Shown here: positions 37,644-47,838 of the stretch, piece after piece
Numbering within the stretch: the stretch's first letter is position 1
How the letters are laid out: each line of letters begins with the position of its first letter
Assembly (NCBI GenBank): GCA_024695105.1
Contig: JAILIV010000076.1
Span: 5,156-69,155 of the forward strand
Origin: Bacilli bacterium
GTDB lineage: Bacteria > Bacillota_I > Bacilli_A > RFN20 > CAG-826
DNA length: 64,000 bases
Direction: 5' to 3'
Made by a program: the position numbers and the translations under genes
The notes under the pieces: generated by a model
Told to the model about the DNA's origin: nothing
Seen by the model: the letters and a program-made list of their open reading frames with translations, nothing else
Database searches by the model: none

Positions 37644-38305
37644 TCTGGGCGTGGCTTTTGTCTTTGGGGATTCCGTTAATCGTTTTCTTTGTCTCTTCGC
37701 TGATCGTCTCGCTGCGCCAGATTCCCCATTATTCCTTCCTCACCGATTTCCCGTTTGAGCTTTTCGAGCGTCGGGCGAATTCGGGGAAGATCTTGTTTTA
37801 CGTCGCGTGTGGCTTCGATGCGCTAGGCGGGGCGTTCCTTTTGGTCTCCCATGAACTCCATCCGCAGCTTTTGGCTTTCGAGATCCTTTATCTGGTGTCG
37901 ATGGTTTTGAAAGACGTCGCTTTGGCCATCGTCGTTTCCGTTCCCGCGTATGAATTCAAAAGCCACATCCCGACGTTTACCGTCTTCGGTGCGATGACTG
38001 CGTTATCCTGCGCGTTGGCCACGATTTTATTCGCGAACCTTCTTTACGCAAATGGCGCGCTCGCGATTACCTTTGCGATCATCGTGGGCCTATTGGGGCT
38101 AGTGGCGGTTGGACTGCTCGTCAATCCCAAGTTGGCCCATTGGACGCAACTGAATTCTAAAGTGGAAGAGGATGGGACCATCACGACTTCGCGGCCTCGT
38201 CCTTTTGTACTGGCGTTCACCGAGTGGCTATTGGCCTTCATTTCCTTTGGCGCGGGCCTATTGGCGTTAATTGGCTTCGCTTTGGTCTCACTTTCCCAGA
38301 TATAA
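37640..38305 (+). CDS. integral membrane protein, unknown function
   Basis: Six or seven hydrophobic helices. ATG 37640 overlaps the rpe TGA (ATGA). An alternative ATG is at 37631. Confidence 0.6.
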   Translation: MIWAWLLSLGIPLIVFFVSSLIVSLRQIPHYSFLTDFPFELFERRANSGKILFYVACGFDALGGAFLLVSHELHPQLLAFEILYLVSMVLKDVALAIVVSVPAYEFKSHIPTFTVFGAMTALSCALATILFANLLYANGALAITFAIIVGLLGLVAVGLLVNPKLAHWTQLNSKVEEDGTITTSRPRPFVLAFTEWLLAFISFGAGLLALIGFALVSLSQI

Positions 38306-38310
38306 AAGAA

Positions 38311-38340
38311 AACCACCCGATGGGTGGGTTTGGTTTCCTT
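38311..38340. terminator. bidirectional terminator between the membrane protein gene and rpmB
   Basis: CCACCC-GAT-GGGTGG hairpin with an A-rich 5' flank and a T-rich 3' flank. Confidence 0.65.
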
Positions 38341-38352
38341 TGATATCGTCGA

Positions 38353-38550
38353 TTACTTACCGGCTTTGGTGGACTTCTTCAACGTGCGATAGGCGCGGTT
38401 GGACATGCGTACGACCACGACTTGGCCATCGATTTCGACTTTGCGCTTTTGAAGATTGACGTTCCAGCGGCGACGGGTAGCCCTGAGAGAGTGGCTACGG
38501 TTGTTGCCGGTGACGGGTCCTTTTCCGGTGACTTGGCAGTATCTGGACAT
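38353..38550 (-). CDS. rpmB: 50S ribosomal protein L28
   Basis: [34 protein letters not shown]. Confidence 0.95.
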   Translation of the reverse strand: MSRYCQVTGKGPVTGNNRSHSLRATRRRWNVNLQKRKVEIDGQVVVVRMSNRAYRTLKKSTKAGK

Positions 38551-38581
38551 ATTCTCACCTCCCGCGTTTAACGCGGTGAGT

Positions 38582-38610
38582 AATATAGCACGAGCCTATC
38601 TAGGTGGCAA
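38582..38610 (-). promoter_or_regulatory. sigma-70-type promoter of rpmB (TTGCCA-17-TATATT)
   Basis: On the minus strand: -35 TTGCCA (38610-38605), an exact 17-nt spacer, and -10 TATATT (38587-38582). Confidence 0.6.
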
Positions 38611-38750
38611 ACACTTTTATTGTGGGAAGCGCATGCGCCCATACGCCTAAGAGCATAATGCGCGCATAGGAAGCGCGCCGATCGCGTGCTTGCTCCCTCT
38701 TGGGCGCGCATTTGGGGTTGGGGTATAATAACGAAAACGGAGGACGCACT

Positions 38751-39887
38751 ATGGCCGTTAAGATCGCCGCGATGATCCTCGCAGGTGGGAAAGGCACGCG
38801 ACTGGGCGCTTTGACGCGCAAGCTTGCCAAACCCGCCGTGAGCTATGGCGGAAAGTACCGCATCATCGATTTCCCTTTATCCAATTGCGCCAATTCAGGT
38901 ATCACCCACGTCGGTGTGTTGACCCAATACGAAAGCAGTGGCTTGAATTCCTATGTCGGCAATGGCCGTAACTGGGGGCTTAACGGGGTCAATTGCCTCA
39001 CCAGCGTCCTTTCTCCGAAGCAAACCGAACAGGGTTCCAACTGGTACCGCGGAACCGCCGATGCCATCTATCAGAACCTGGATTGGCTGGACGCGCTCTC
39101 CCCGGAATATGTGTTGATCCTTTCTGGCGACCACATTTACGCGACGACCTATGACGCGATGTTGCAACAGCACATCGGCAATAAGGCGGACTGCACCGTG
39201 GCCGTGCGCAACGTCCCCTTATCGGAAGCAAGCCGCTTTGGCATTTGCGAAACTAATGAATCCGGCTTCATCGTAGGATTCAAGGAGAAGCCAAAGAACC
39301 CCAAAGGGACCCTGGCGTCGATGGGTATCTACATATTCACTTATCAGACCCTGCGCAAATACTTGAAGGCCGATTACGGGAAAGAACTTTCCGAACATGA
39401 TTTCGGGAAGGACATCATTCCCGCGATGATCGCGCGAAAGAAACGTCTACTGGCTTATCGCTATGACGGTTATTGGAAAGACGTGGGGACCATCGTTTCC
39501 TTGCATCAGGCGAATATGGACCTTCTGCTCTCGGGCGACCCCGCGATTAACCTCTATTCCATCCAAAATAGTGCCCACATTTATTCCGAGGATAACCATT
39601 GCGCCCCGCAATACATTGGGGCATCGGCGGTTGTTCGGGATTGTTTGATCAACCAAGGTGCGATGGTGAAAGGGCTCGTCGACCATTGCGTAATCTCCGC
39701 TGAAGTCGTGGTGGAGGAAGGGGCAGAGTGCCATAACGCCGTTTTGATGAATGGCTGCCATATCCATTCGGGCGCGAAAGTCTATGACTGCTTGGTAGCC
39801 CCCAATGAAGTGGTACGTCGCGGCGAAACCATCAATGCCGCCAGAGACGGCATCGTCCTTTATGCAGGTGGGAGGGAAACCAAATGA
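38751..39887 (+). CDS. glgC: glucose-1-phosphate adenylyltransferase
   Basis: ILAGGKGTRLGALT, GTADA, and a left-handed beta-helix C-terminus. SD GGAGGA at 38739-38744 and TATAAT at 38724-38729. Confidence 0.95.
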   Translation: MAVKIAAMILAGGKGTRLGALTRKLAKPAVSYGGKYRIIDFPLSNCANSGITHVGVLTQYESSGLNSYVGNGRNWGLNGVNCLTSVLSPKQTEQGSNWYRGTADAIYQNLDWLDALSPEYVLILSGDHIYATTYDAMLQQHIGNKADCTVAVRNVPLSEASRFGICETNESGFIVGFKEKPKNPKGTLASMGIYIFTYQTLRKYLKADYGKELSEHDFGKDIIPAMIARKKRLLAYRYDGYWKDVGTIVSLHQANMDLLLSGDPAINLYSIQNSAHIYSEDNHCAPQYIGASAVVRDCLINQGAMVKGLVDHCVISAEVVVEEGAECHNAVLMNGCHIHSGAKVYDCLVAPNEVVRRGETINAARDGIVLYAGGRETK

Positions 39888-41005
39888 AAAAAGTCGCCGG
39901 AATCGTCAATTTCCATTCCTCTCCGGAAATCTCTCCCATCACGGATTCCCGTCCGCTTGGATCCACCTCCTATTTAGGGCGTTATGCCTTCTGCGACTTC
40001 GCCTTGTCCAATCTTTGCAACTCGGGGATTTCCTCGGTGGGCCTTATGGTCAAGAACCATCAGCGCTCCATTTTGAAACACTTGGGTTCCATGGATTCGT
40101 GGGTCATTAACACCAAGATCAGCCAAACCCGGATTCTTTACAACGAACCCGCCCAACGCGATCCCAGATTGAACACCGACGTGAACAACCTTCTCGAAAA
40201 CGATTGGCTCCTATATGACGCCTCCTACCAGATGTTTGCCATCGTCCCGTCCCATATCGTGATGCCGATCGACCTCCGTCCGTTCATTGAGCGCCACGTC
40301 GAAGCCAATCAGGACATTACGTTGATTGCCGCTAAGCAAGACAACCTCAAACAGCATTGGATCGGCAGCAAAGTCTTCAAGGTCAACGACAAAGGAGAGT
40401 TGATTGGCTGGGATGTCAATAAAGGCCAATTCAGTGGCAAAAACCTCGTAAATCTTGACGTAATCTTGATTAACCGCCCGACTTTGGTGAGCGTTTTGCG
40501 CCAATATGCGCCTACGCATCCCAGCATGGATCTTGTTTCGCTTTTGCTGGCCGCGCACGATGAAGGCAGGCATAAGATCGCCTTGGATTATTACGACGGC
40601 TACGCGCGTTGCATCGATTCGTTCCAGCATTACATGGACTACTCATTTGAGATTCTCGACAGGAAAAACGCCGAGCGCCTTTTCCTGAAATCCTGGCCCA
40701 TCTACACCCTCACCCACGACACTCCGCCCGCACTTTATGGCGGAGCTTCCGAGGTGCGGAATTCCTATATCTCCAACGGTTCCCGTATCGAAGGAAAAGT
40801 CATCAACTCCATCATCGCCCGTAACGTCCACGTAGGGAAAGGGGCGGTAGTGCGCAACTCCATTATCTTCTCCACCGTGCGGATCAACGACAACGCCTCC
40901 GTGGAAAACGCCCTGGTCGACAAGTATTCGATCATTGAGCGCGGCCACGTGCTTAAAGGCAAGGCAAAAGATCCCCTTTACGTCCATCAAGGAGCCATCC
41001 TATGA
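39884..41005 (+). CDS. glgD: glucose-1-phosphate adenylyltransferase regulatory subunit GlgD
   Basis: A GlgC paralogue lacking the GGxGxRL motif (GIVNFHSSPEISPIT), with an ATGA overlap with glgC. This subunit is typical of Firmicutes. Confidence 0.85.
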   Translation: MKKVAGIVNFHSSPEISPITDSRPLGSTSYLGRYAFCDFALSNLCNSGISSVGLMVKNHQRSILKHLGSMDSWVINTKISQTRILYNEPAQRDPRLNTDVNNLLENDWLLYDASYQMFAIVPSHIVMPIDLRPFIERHVEANQDITLIAAKQDNLKQHWIGSKVFKVNDKGELIGWDVNKGQFSGKNLVNLDVILINRPTLVSVLRQYAPTHPSMDLVSLLLAAHDEGRHKIALDYYDGYARCIDSFQHYMDYSFEILDRKNAERLFLKSWPIYTLTHDTPPALYGGASEVRNSYISNGSRIEGKVINSIIARNVHVGKGAVVRNSIIFSTVRINDNASVENALVDKYSIIERGHVLKGKAKDPLYVHQGAIL

Positions 41006-42429
41006 CCATCGCCATGATCGCTTCCGAGGCCAATCCCCTATGCAAAACCGGGGGTCTCGCTGACGTCGTTTGGTCTTTGACTAAGGAACTAAAGAACCTA
41101 GGGCAGGATTGCTTCGTCGTTTTGCCTTTTTATAAGTGCATTAAAGAAACTCCTACGCTGCTTTTCAAAAAGCTGAAAAGCTATGACGTCTATCTTTCTT
41201 GGCGGTGCCAAACCGCGGACGTGTTCTCCTGCGAAGTGCGGGGTGTGACGTTTTACCTGATCGGCAACGACTATTATTTCAACCGGGAAGACCTTTATGG
41301 CTATGCCGATGATGGCGAACGCTTTGCGTTCTACTGTTTGGCCGTTCGGGCGCTTTTCGGGCAGTTGGATTTGCCTTGCGACATCATCCACGTCCACGAT
41401 TGGCAAACCGGCATGATCCCCGTTTTGATCAAGGAACAATCTAAAGACGATCCGAGATTCCAACACACCAAATTCGTGATGACGCTTCATAACGAGGCGT
41501 TCAAAGGATTCTTGGACCGCTACTTCGTGAACCACTTCTTCGGATTGGACGATTCGCTTTTTGATTCCGGCGCGATCCGTTTCGACGGCATGCTTTCCAC
41601 CTTGAAAGCCGGAATCGTCTACGCGGACAAAGTGGTGGCGGTTTCCCCTAACCACGCGAACGAATTGCTGCAACCCGGGGATTCGATGCGCCTTGATGGC
41701 GTGCTTGCTTTGCGCGAGGGCGATTTCCTGGGAATCGTCAACGGGGTAGACGACGATGAGTTCGACCCCGAAAACGACATGTTCATCGCGAAAAACTATG
41801 GGCATAGGGATTTTACTGAGGGCAAGGCTCAATGCAAGGCGCGTCTTTTGAGCGTGTGCGAACTGAAAGGGGATGGACCTACGTTTGGCCTTGTCTCCCG
41901 TTTGACGTATCAAAAAGGCGTGGAAATGGTCCTTCGTATCGGAGACGAATTGGTTTCCAAAGGGGCACGTTTGGTGATCCTCGGCCATGGGGAATGCGAA
42001 ATCGAGCAGGGGTTTGAGGAATTGCATCTGCGTCATCCGGACCGTTGTTTGTACTACCGTGGCTATAACAATCAGTTGGCCCACGACATCTATTCCGGGT
42101 CGGATTTCTTCCTCATGCCCTCCTTGTTTGAACCATGCGGCATCGGGCAGATGATCGCCCAACGTTACGGCACGCTTCCTATCGTTCGCGAGGTGGGTGG
42201 CTTAAAGGATACCGTAATCGGATATGACGGGAAAAACGAAGACACGGCCACCGGATTTTCCTTCACCGACTATGATTTCGGGAGGTTCCGCGACAGCTGC
42301 TTGCAAGCCCTGTCCCTTTATTCTGAAACGAAAACGTTCGCCAAATTGGTCCACAACGCGATGACCGTCGACCATTCCTGGGCGCGCTCGGCGATGGCTT
42401 ACCTTGGTTTATACCAAAGCATCCTTTAA
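41002..42429 (+). CDS. glgA: glycogen synthase (ADP-glucose type)
   Basis: [22 protein letters not shown], and a C-terminal [12 protein letters not shown]. Confidence 0.95.
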   Translation: MTIAMIASEANPLCKTGGLADVVWSLTKELKNLGQDCFVVLPFYKCIKETPTLLFKKLKSYDVYLSWRCQTADVFSCEVRGVTFYLIGNDYYFNREDLYGYADDGERFAFYCLAVRALFGQLDLPCDIIHVHDWQTGMIPVLIKEQSKDDPRFQHTKFVMTLHNEAFKGFLDRYFVNHFFGLDDSLFDSGAIRFDGMLSTLKAGIVYADKVVAVSPNHANELLQPGDSMRLDGVLALREGDFLGIVNGVDDDEFDPENDMFIAKNYGHRDFTEGKAQCKARLLSVCELKGDGPTFGLVSRLTYQKGVEMVLRIGDELVSKGARLVILGHGECEIEQGFEELHLRHPDRCLYYRGYNNQLAHDIYSGSDFFLMPSLFEPCGIGQMIAQRYGTLPIVREVGGLKDTVIGYDGKNEDTATGFSFTDYDFGRFRDSCLQALSLYSETKTFAKLVHNAMTVDHSWARSAMAYLGLYQSIL

Positions 42430-42473
42430 TGTCTCATATTCCCTTTTTAGGGAAAAATCCTATAATGCGACCT

Positions 42474-44882
42474 ATGAGTTACGATTTTAAGCACATTGAA
42501 AAGAAGTGGGCGGACGTCTGGGAGAAGAATCAGACGTTTTATTGCGACACCCACGACTTCACCAAACCCAAGTATTACGCCTTGGACATGTTCCCTTATC
42601 CCTCTGGCCAGGGATTGCACGTGGGCCATCCGGAAGGCTACACCGCCTCCGACATCGTCTCGCGCATGAAGCGAATGCAGGGTTACAACGTCCTTCACCC
42701 CATGGGTTGGGACGCCTTTGGCTTGCCCGCGGAACAATTCGCGATCAAAAACAACGTCCACCCCGAGGGGTTCACGCGAAAGAACATCGCCCATTTCAAA
42801 GAGCAGATCCGCGTTTTGGGCCTAAGCTACGATTGGACAAAGGAAGTCGCGACCATCGATGAGGATTACTTCAAGTGGACGCAATGGATCTTCCTTCAGC
42901 TCTATGCGAATGATTTGGCCTACGTCGCGGACATCCCGGTGAATTATTGCCCGGAATTAGGCACGGTTTTGGCCAATGAGGAAGTGGTGGATGGCAAATC
43001 CGAGGTCGGGGGTTTCCCGGTTATTCGCATGCCGATGCGCCAATGGGTTTTGAAAATCACGAAATACGCCGATCGCCTAGCATCGGATTTGGAACAACTG
43101 GATTGGCCAAAGTCCACTTTGGAAATGCAAAAGAACTGGATCGGCCGCTCGGAAGGCGTGTCCATCCGTTTCCAAATCGAAGGGTCGGAAGAATCCTTTA
43201 ACGTGTTCACGACCCGCGTGGATACCCTCTTTGGATGCACGTATTGCTGCCTTGCTCCCGAACACCCTTTGGTGTCCAAACTCGTAAGCGAAGAGCAGAA
43301 ACAAGCGGTGGAGGAATACGTACGCGCCGCCGCGGGGAAATCCGATTTGGCACGCACGGGTACCGAAAAAGAAAAGACCGGCGTCTATTTGGGCGTTCAT
43401 GCGATCAACCCCATCAATGGTGCCTCGATTCCCGTCTTCGTGGCAGATTATGTGCTGGGCTCTTATGGCTCGGGCGCGGTGATGGCCGTCCCCGCCCACG
43501 ATGAACGTGATTACGCTTTCGCCAAGAAGCATGGTTTGCCCATGATTCAGGTTTTGGAAGGGGACATTTCCGAAAACGCGTTCACGGGTGACGCAAAACA
43601 CATCAATTCTTCCTTCGCCGACGGTTTGAACATCGCCGAAGCCAAAGTCGCGATCACCAAGAAACTCGTGGAACTTGGCGCGGGAGAGCGCATCGTGAAC
43701 TACAAACTCCGCGACTGGATCTTCTCCCGGCAGCGTTATTGGGGCGAACCCATCCCAATGGTGACGCTAGAAGACGGGACCGAATTCCCCATCCCCGAGG
43801 ATCAATTGCCTGTCACGCTTCCCCAAATGGAAAAGTACCAGCCTTCTTCCGGTGGCAAACCTCCGCTTGCGATGGCACCGGCCGAATGGTTGGAATACGT
43901 GACCCCCGACGGACGCAAAGGGAAAAGGGAAACCAACACCATGCCGCAGTGGGCGGGTTCGTGTTGGTATTACATCCGCTACATCGATCCGCATAACCCC
44001 GACGTGCTTTGTGACGAGAAGTTGCTGAAGCACTGGCTTCCTGTGGACCTTTACATCGGTGGGGCCGAGCACGCCGTTTTGCATTTGCTCTATGCCCGTT
44101 TCTGGCATAAGTTCCTTTTCGATATTGGCGTCGTCTCTTGCCCCGAGCCGTTCCAACGTCTTTATCACCAAGGCATGATTTTGGGTGAAAACGGCGAGAA
44201 GATGTCCAAGAGCCGTGGCAACGTCGTCAATCCCGACGACATCGTCGCTTCCCATGGCGCCGACTCGCTGCGTCTATTTGAGATGTTCGCTGGCCCGTTA
44301 AACGAGGTGAAGCCTTGGTCCACCAAAGGTTTGGATGGCGCTCATCGTTTCATTGAGCGTGTTTATCGACTGTTAGAGGAACCAGAATTCGCCCAGCGCA
44401 TCTCCAACGAGAATTCGGGCGAGTTGGACTATTCCTACAATTTCCTCGTGAAAAAGGTGACTCAGGATTTTGAAGATCTTGCCTTTAATACCGCTATCGC
44501 CCAGATGATGATTTTCATCAACGACTGCTACAAAGCCAAATCCCTGTACCGGCCTTATGTCGAAGGGTTCGTGCAGATGTTCGCCTGCATTTGTCCTTTC
44601 GTTGGAGAGGAGATGTGGGAAATGCTTGGCCACAAAGATTTGATCGACTATGCCCCTTGGCCGAAGTGCGACGAATCTAAGCTCGTCAAAGATGAGGTCA
44701 AATTGGCCGTCTCCGTCAACGGCAAAACCCGTGACGTTATGGCTTTCCCTGCTGACGCTGGCGAAGAGGAAGTAAAAGCCGCTGCCTTGGCGAATCCCCG
44801 CATCGCTTCCTTCTTGGAAGGCAAGAGGGTGGTGAAGGTCATTTACGTCAAAGGGCGCATCCTCAACATCGTCGTCGCCTAA
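42474..44882 (+). CDS. leuS: leucyl-tRNA synthetase
   Basis: HIGH motif (HVGHPEGY) and KMSKS motif. The start was set at ATG 42474 ([12 protein letters not shown]) to match the canonical N-terminus. An alternative ATG at 42429 overlaps the glgA TAA. Confidence 0.95.
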   Translation: MSYDFKHIEKKWADVWEKNQTFYCDTHDFTKPKYYALDMFPYPSGQGLHVGHPEGYTASDIVSRMKRMQGYNVLHPMGWDAFGLPAEQFAIKNNVHPEGFTRKNIAHFKEQIRVLGLSYDWTKEVATIDEDYFKWTQWIFLQLYANDLAYVADIPVNYCPELGTVLANEEVVDGKSEVGGFPVIRMPMRQWVLKITKYADRLASDLEQLDWPKSTLEMQKNWIGRSEGVSIRFQIEGSEESFNVFTTRVDTLFGCTYCCLAPEHPLVSKLVSEEQKQAVEEYVRAAAGKSDLARTGTEKEKTGVYLGVHAINPINGASIPVFVADYVLGSYGSGAVMAVPAHDERDYAFAKKHGLPMIQVLEGDISENAFTGDAKHINSSFADGLNIAEAKVAITKKLVELGAGERIVNYKLRDWIFSRQRYWGEPIPMVTLEDGTEFPIPEDQLPVTLPQMEKYQPSSGGKPPLAMAPAEWLEYVTPDGRKGKRETNTMPQWAGSCWYYIRYIDPHNPDVLCDEKLLKHWLPVDLYIGGAEHAVLHLLYARFWHKFLFDIGVVSCPEPFQRLYHQGMILGENGEKMSKSRGNVVNPDDIVASHGADSLRLFEMFAGPLNEVKPWSTKGLDGAHRFIERVYRLLEEPEFAQRISNENSGELDYSYNFLVKKVTQDFEDLAFNTAIAQMMIFINDCYKAKSLYRPYVEGFVQMFACICPFVGEEMWEMLGHKDLIDYAPWPKCDESKLVKDEVKLAVSVNGKTRDVMAFPADAGEEEVKAAALANPRIASFLEGKRVVKVIYVKGRILNIVVA

Positions 44883-44965
44883 TTTTCTCCCTTGGAGAAA
44901 GAAACAAAACGCATTATATTTATGCCGTTTGGTACCCATCGCGGACCAAAACGGAGGCAGACCTT

Positions 44966-45730
44966 ATGCTATTAGCCATCGACGTGGGCAACACCATGAC
45001 GGATTTCGGGTTTTTCGGATCCGAGGGCGACCCGCTCTTCTACCGAACTCGTTCCCGTAGGGATATAACCCTACAAGAAGCGAAAGCTTCCCTTACCATA
45101 TTTATTAAAAGCATCGGCGAAAAGACGCTCCCTGTAGAAGGGGCGATCATCGCTTCTGTCGTGCCCTCTCTTACGCTTATTTACGTTGCCTTGTGCAAAG
45201 AGCTTTTCGGCGTGGAGGCCAAGGTGCTTGGCCCTGGGTTAAAAAGCGGTATCCGCATCGTCACGGACAACCCCAAGGAAGTAGGGGCGGACATGATTGC
45301 CGCAGCGGTAGGGGCGAAAGAAGAGTATGGCGATGCCTGCATCATCTGCGATTTTGGCACCGCGACGAAAGTAATCCTTTTGGACGAAACGGGCGCATTC
45401 GCCGGTTGCACGATCGGGGCGGGCGTTGGGCTTCAGGCGGAATCTTTGTCTTCTTCTGCTGCGCTTTTGCCTGAGGTTTCTTTGCAAATCCCTGCTAAAA
45501 TCCTTGGGAAAAACACCAACGACTGCATGAATAGCGCCTTGACCTATGGCAACGCCTTTGCCGCGTCTGCTTTAGCGGATGGGATCGAAAAGGAGGCGGG
45601 GTATCCGTGCAAGCGCGTTTTGACGGGCGGGTTTTCCTCGACCGTCGCCCCTTTGCTTCCTGGCTATGCCCATGACCCTTATTTGGTTTTGAAAGGCTTA
45701 GCTTCCATCTATCGGAGGAACGCCCGATGA
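44966..45730 (+). CDS. coaX: type III pantothenate kinase
   Basis: MLLAIDVGNTMTDFG, an ASKHA fold, and GGFS near the C-terminus. SD GGAGG upstream. Confidence 0.9.
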   Translation: MLLAIDVGNTMTDFGFFGSEGDPLFYRTRSRRDITLQEAKASLTIFIKSIGEKTLPVEGAIIASVVPSLTLIYVALCKELFGVEAKVLGPGLKSGIRIVTDNPKEVGADMIAAAVGAKEEYGDACIICDFGTATKVILLDETGAFAGCTIGAGVGLQAESLSSSAALLPEVSLQIPAKILGKNTNDCMNSALTYGNAFAASALADGIEKEAGYPCKRVLTGGFSSTVAPLLPGYAHDPYLVLKGLASIYRRNAR

Positions 45731-46446
45731 GCGACTACATTTCCATTCTTTCCGTTATTCTTTTCGCGGTTTTGCTCGTGGCGACGTTTTTGCTTTCCTC
45801 CGCGATGAACCGCAAGGAAAAAGACGTCCATGAGATTATCGAAGGGATGACCCTCGACGCCATTTTCATCGCCATCATTTTGCTGATGACGTTCGTCCCG
45901 AACCTCGGCTTCATCGCGGTGACGCCGTTTGTTTCCTTTACTTTGATGCATTTGCCCGTCTTGCTCGGCGCGGCTTTGGGTGGATGGAAGAAGGGGCTGA
46001 TGCTTGGGTTTGTTTTCGGGCTCGCCTCCTACATGCAGGCTCTTTCCAGCGCGGGCTTCAACGCATTGTTTGCCTATCCGTGGGTGGCCATTCCGCCCCG
46101 TATGTTGTTTGGTCTTGCCGCGGGTTTGGTTTTTTCCTTAATAGGAAAGATTTCCCAACGAAAGGCAATCGGCCTATACTATGGCGTGGCTTGTGCGGGG
46201 CTTACGATGCTGCATACCGGCCTGGTGTTCTTGGACTTGTTCGTGTTCTATCCGGACACCATCATCGGCCTATTCTCATCGACCAGCCCTGTCGCCACGG
46301 GCACCGCCTTGACCTTCACGATCATCATATTGCTCGGCATGGCGGGGGAAATGGCCCTCGCCGCGGTTCTCATCCCCACGTTATATTCCGTGGCCAATGC
46401 GGTGTTGCCCAGCGCACGAAGAAAGAAAAAAGCGCGTTCACATTAA
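45727..46446 (+). CDS. ECF-transporter substrate-specific (S) component-like membrane protein, candidate pantothenate PanT
   Basis: Six hydrophobic helices and S-component-like size. The start overlaps the coaX stop (ATGA). Confidence 0.55.
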   Translation: MSDYISILSVILFAVLLVATFLLSSAMNRKEKDVHEIIEGMTLDAIFIAIILLMTFVPNLGFIAVTPFVSFTLMHLPVLLGAALGGWKKGLMLGFVFGLASYMQALSSAGFNALFAYPWVAIPPRMLFGLAAGLVFSLIGKISQRKAIGLYYGVACAGLTMLHTGLVFLDLFVFYPDTIIGLFSSTSPVATGTALTFTIIILLGMAGEMALAAVLIPTLYSVANAVLPSARRKKKARSH

Positions 46447-46455
46447 GGAGTTCCC

Positions 46456-47838
46456 ATGCGTCCCAATTTCAAGAAGCTATCCAAAAACTACGAAGAGATC
46501 GGTTTGAAGGCTCTTCGCACCCTCATCGGGAAACAATCGGTCTACGACGAGAAGACCATCGCCCCCAACGCCCCCTATGGCGCTGGCGTCAAATCCGCCC
46601 TGGATTATGTAGCCTCCTTAGGCGAGGACTACGGCTTCCACGTGGATACTTGCCATGGGCACTGCACCGAATTGACGTTCGGGGAAGAAGGCCCGCTCAT
46701 TGGCGTCTATGCCCATTCTGACGTCGTTCCCGTCTCTGGGAAATGGAGCGAAAAGCCCTTTGCCGCCAAGATCGTGGGCGAAGGGAAGGAAGCTAAGATC
46801 ATCGGCCGTGGATCGACCGATGACAAAGGTCCTCTCATCGCGAGTTTGATGGCGATAAAACTATTGAAGGACAATGGCCTTATCAAGGGTTTCCGCGTTC
46901 GGTTGGTCGCTGGCGGCGATGAGGAGCGTGGAAGCTCCTGCCTTCGTTATTTCTTTGAAAAGCTAAACAAGAAGCCTTCCGACTATGGCTTTACCCCCGA
47001 CGCCGAATTCCCCCTTATCTATGCCGAGAAAGGGATCCATCACGCCACCGCGAAAGGTAAATTGGACCTGAAGCCCATCATCGCGATGGATGGCGGAGTC
47101 GTCACCAATGCGGTTTGCGATCGCTTGGTCGTCACTCTTCACACCGATAAGCGTTTGGACGAAAAGCTAAAAGCCTTTGGCGTCAAATACGACTTGGTGG
47201 AGTCGGGTCCGATCCAAATCGTGACTTTCTTTGGCAAATCCGCGCATGGTTCCACGCCGGAACTTGGCGAAAACGCCGCGCTTACCGCCTTCCGCGTCCT
47301 TGGGTCGATCTTTGGCATCGTCCCGCTTTTCAATCTTTCCAAAGTCCTTGCGGATCCTTTCGGAACCGGCTTTGGAGGAGATTGCTATTCCGAGGGATTT
47401 GGAGAATCGGGCAAGAGCACCTTCAATTACGGCATCATCCGTTACAAAGATGGCGTCCTCTCCGTCACCGTGGACTACCGTTATGGCGAAAAAGCCAAAC
47501 CCGAGGTGGCCTTAGCCGCGTTTGAAAAAGCCACTGGCCTAACTGTCGAGGTCGGAAGCGTTGCCCCGATCCTTTATTTTGACAAGAAGAGCCCTTTGGT
47601 CTCCACGTTGATGAAATCCTATCGCCACATGACGCTTCATCTCTTTGACAAGCCCATGGCCATCGGTGGGGGCACTTACGCCAAGGAAGTGAAAAATTGC
47701 GTCGCCTATGGCGGTGCGTTCCCCGAACATCAAGGGAATATCCATTCTCCTGACGAGTATTTGTATTTGGACGACTTTAGGAAATCGATCGCGATCTACG
47801 CCGACGCGATCTACGCCTTGGGACAGCTTCGCAAGTGA
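46456..47838 (+). CDS. pepV: M20-family dipeptidase (PepV/Sapep-like)
   Basis: HSDVVP, GRGSTDDKGP and GDEERGS metal-ligand motifs. SD AAGGAG upstream. Confidence 0.85.
   Translation: MRPNFKKLSKNYEEIGLKALRTLIGKQSVYDEKTIAPNAPYGAGVKSALDYVASLGEDYGFHVDTCHGHCTELTFGEEGPLIGVYAHSDVVPVSGKWSEKPFAAKIVGEGKEAKIIGRGSTDDKGPLIASLMAIKLLKDNGLIKGFRVRLVAGGDEERGSSCLRYFFEKLNKKPSDYGFTPDAEFPLIYAEKGIHHATAKGKLDLKPIIAMDGGVVTNAVCDRLVVTLHTDKRLDEKLKAFGVKYDLVESGPIQIVTFFGKSAHGSTPELGENAALTAFRVLGSIFGIVPLFNLSKVLADPFGTGFGGDCYSEGFGESGKSTFNYGIIRYKDGVLSVTVDYRYGEKAKPEVALAAFEKATGLTVEVGSVAPILYFDKKSPLVSTLMKSYRHMTLHLFDKPMAIGGGTYAKEVKNCVAYGGAFPEHQGNIHSPDEYLYLDDFRKSIAIYADAIYALGQLRK

Noticed and set aside
38551-38581. A hairpin (CTCACCGCG-TTAAA-CGCGG..GTGAG) that could sequester the rpmB Shine-Dalgarno sequence.
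   Set aside because: The well-formed promoter TTGCCA-17-TATATT predicts a transcription start inside the left arm of the hairpin. The full structure would therefore not exist in the mRNA. The inner 5-bp stem alone is weak evidence.
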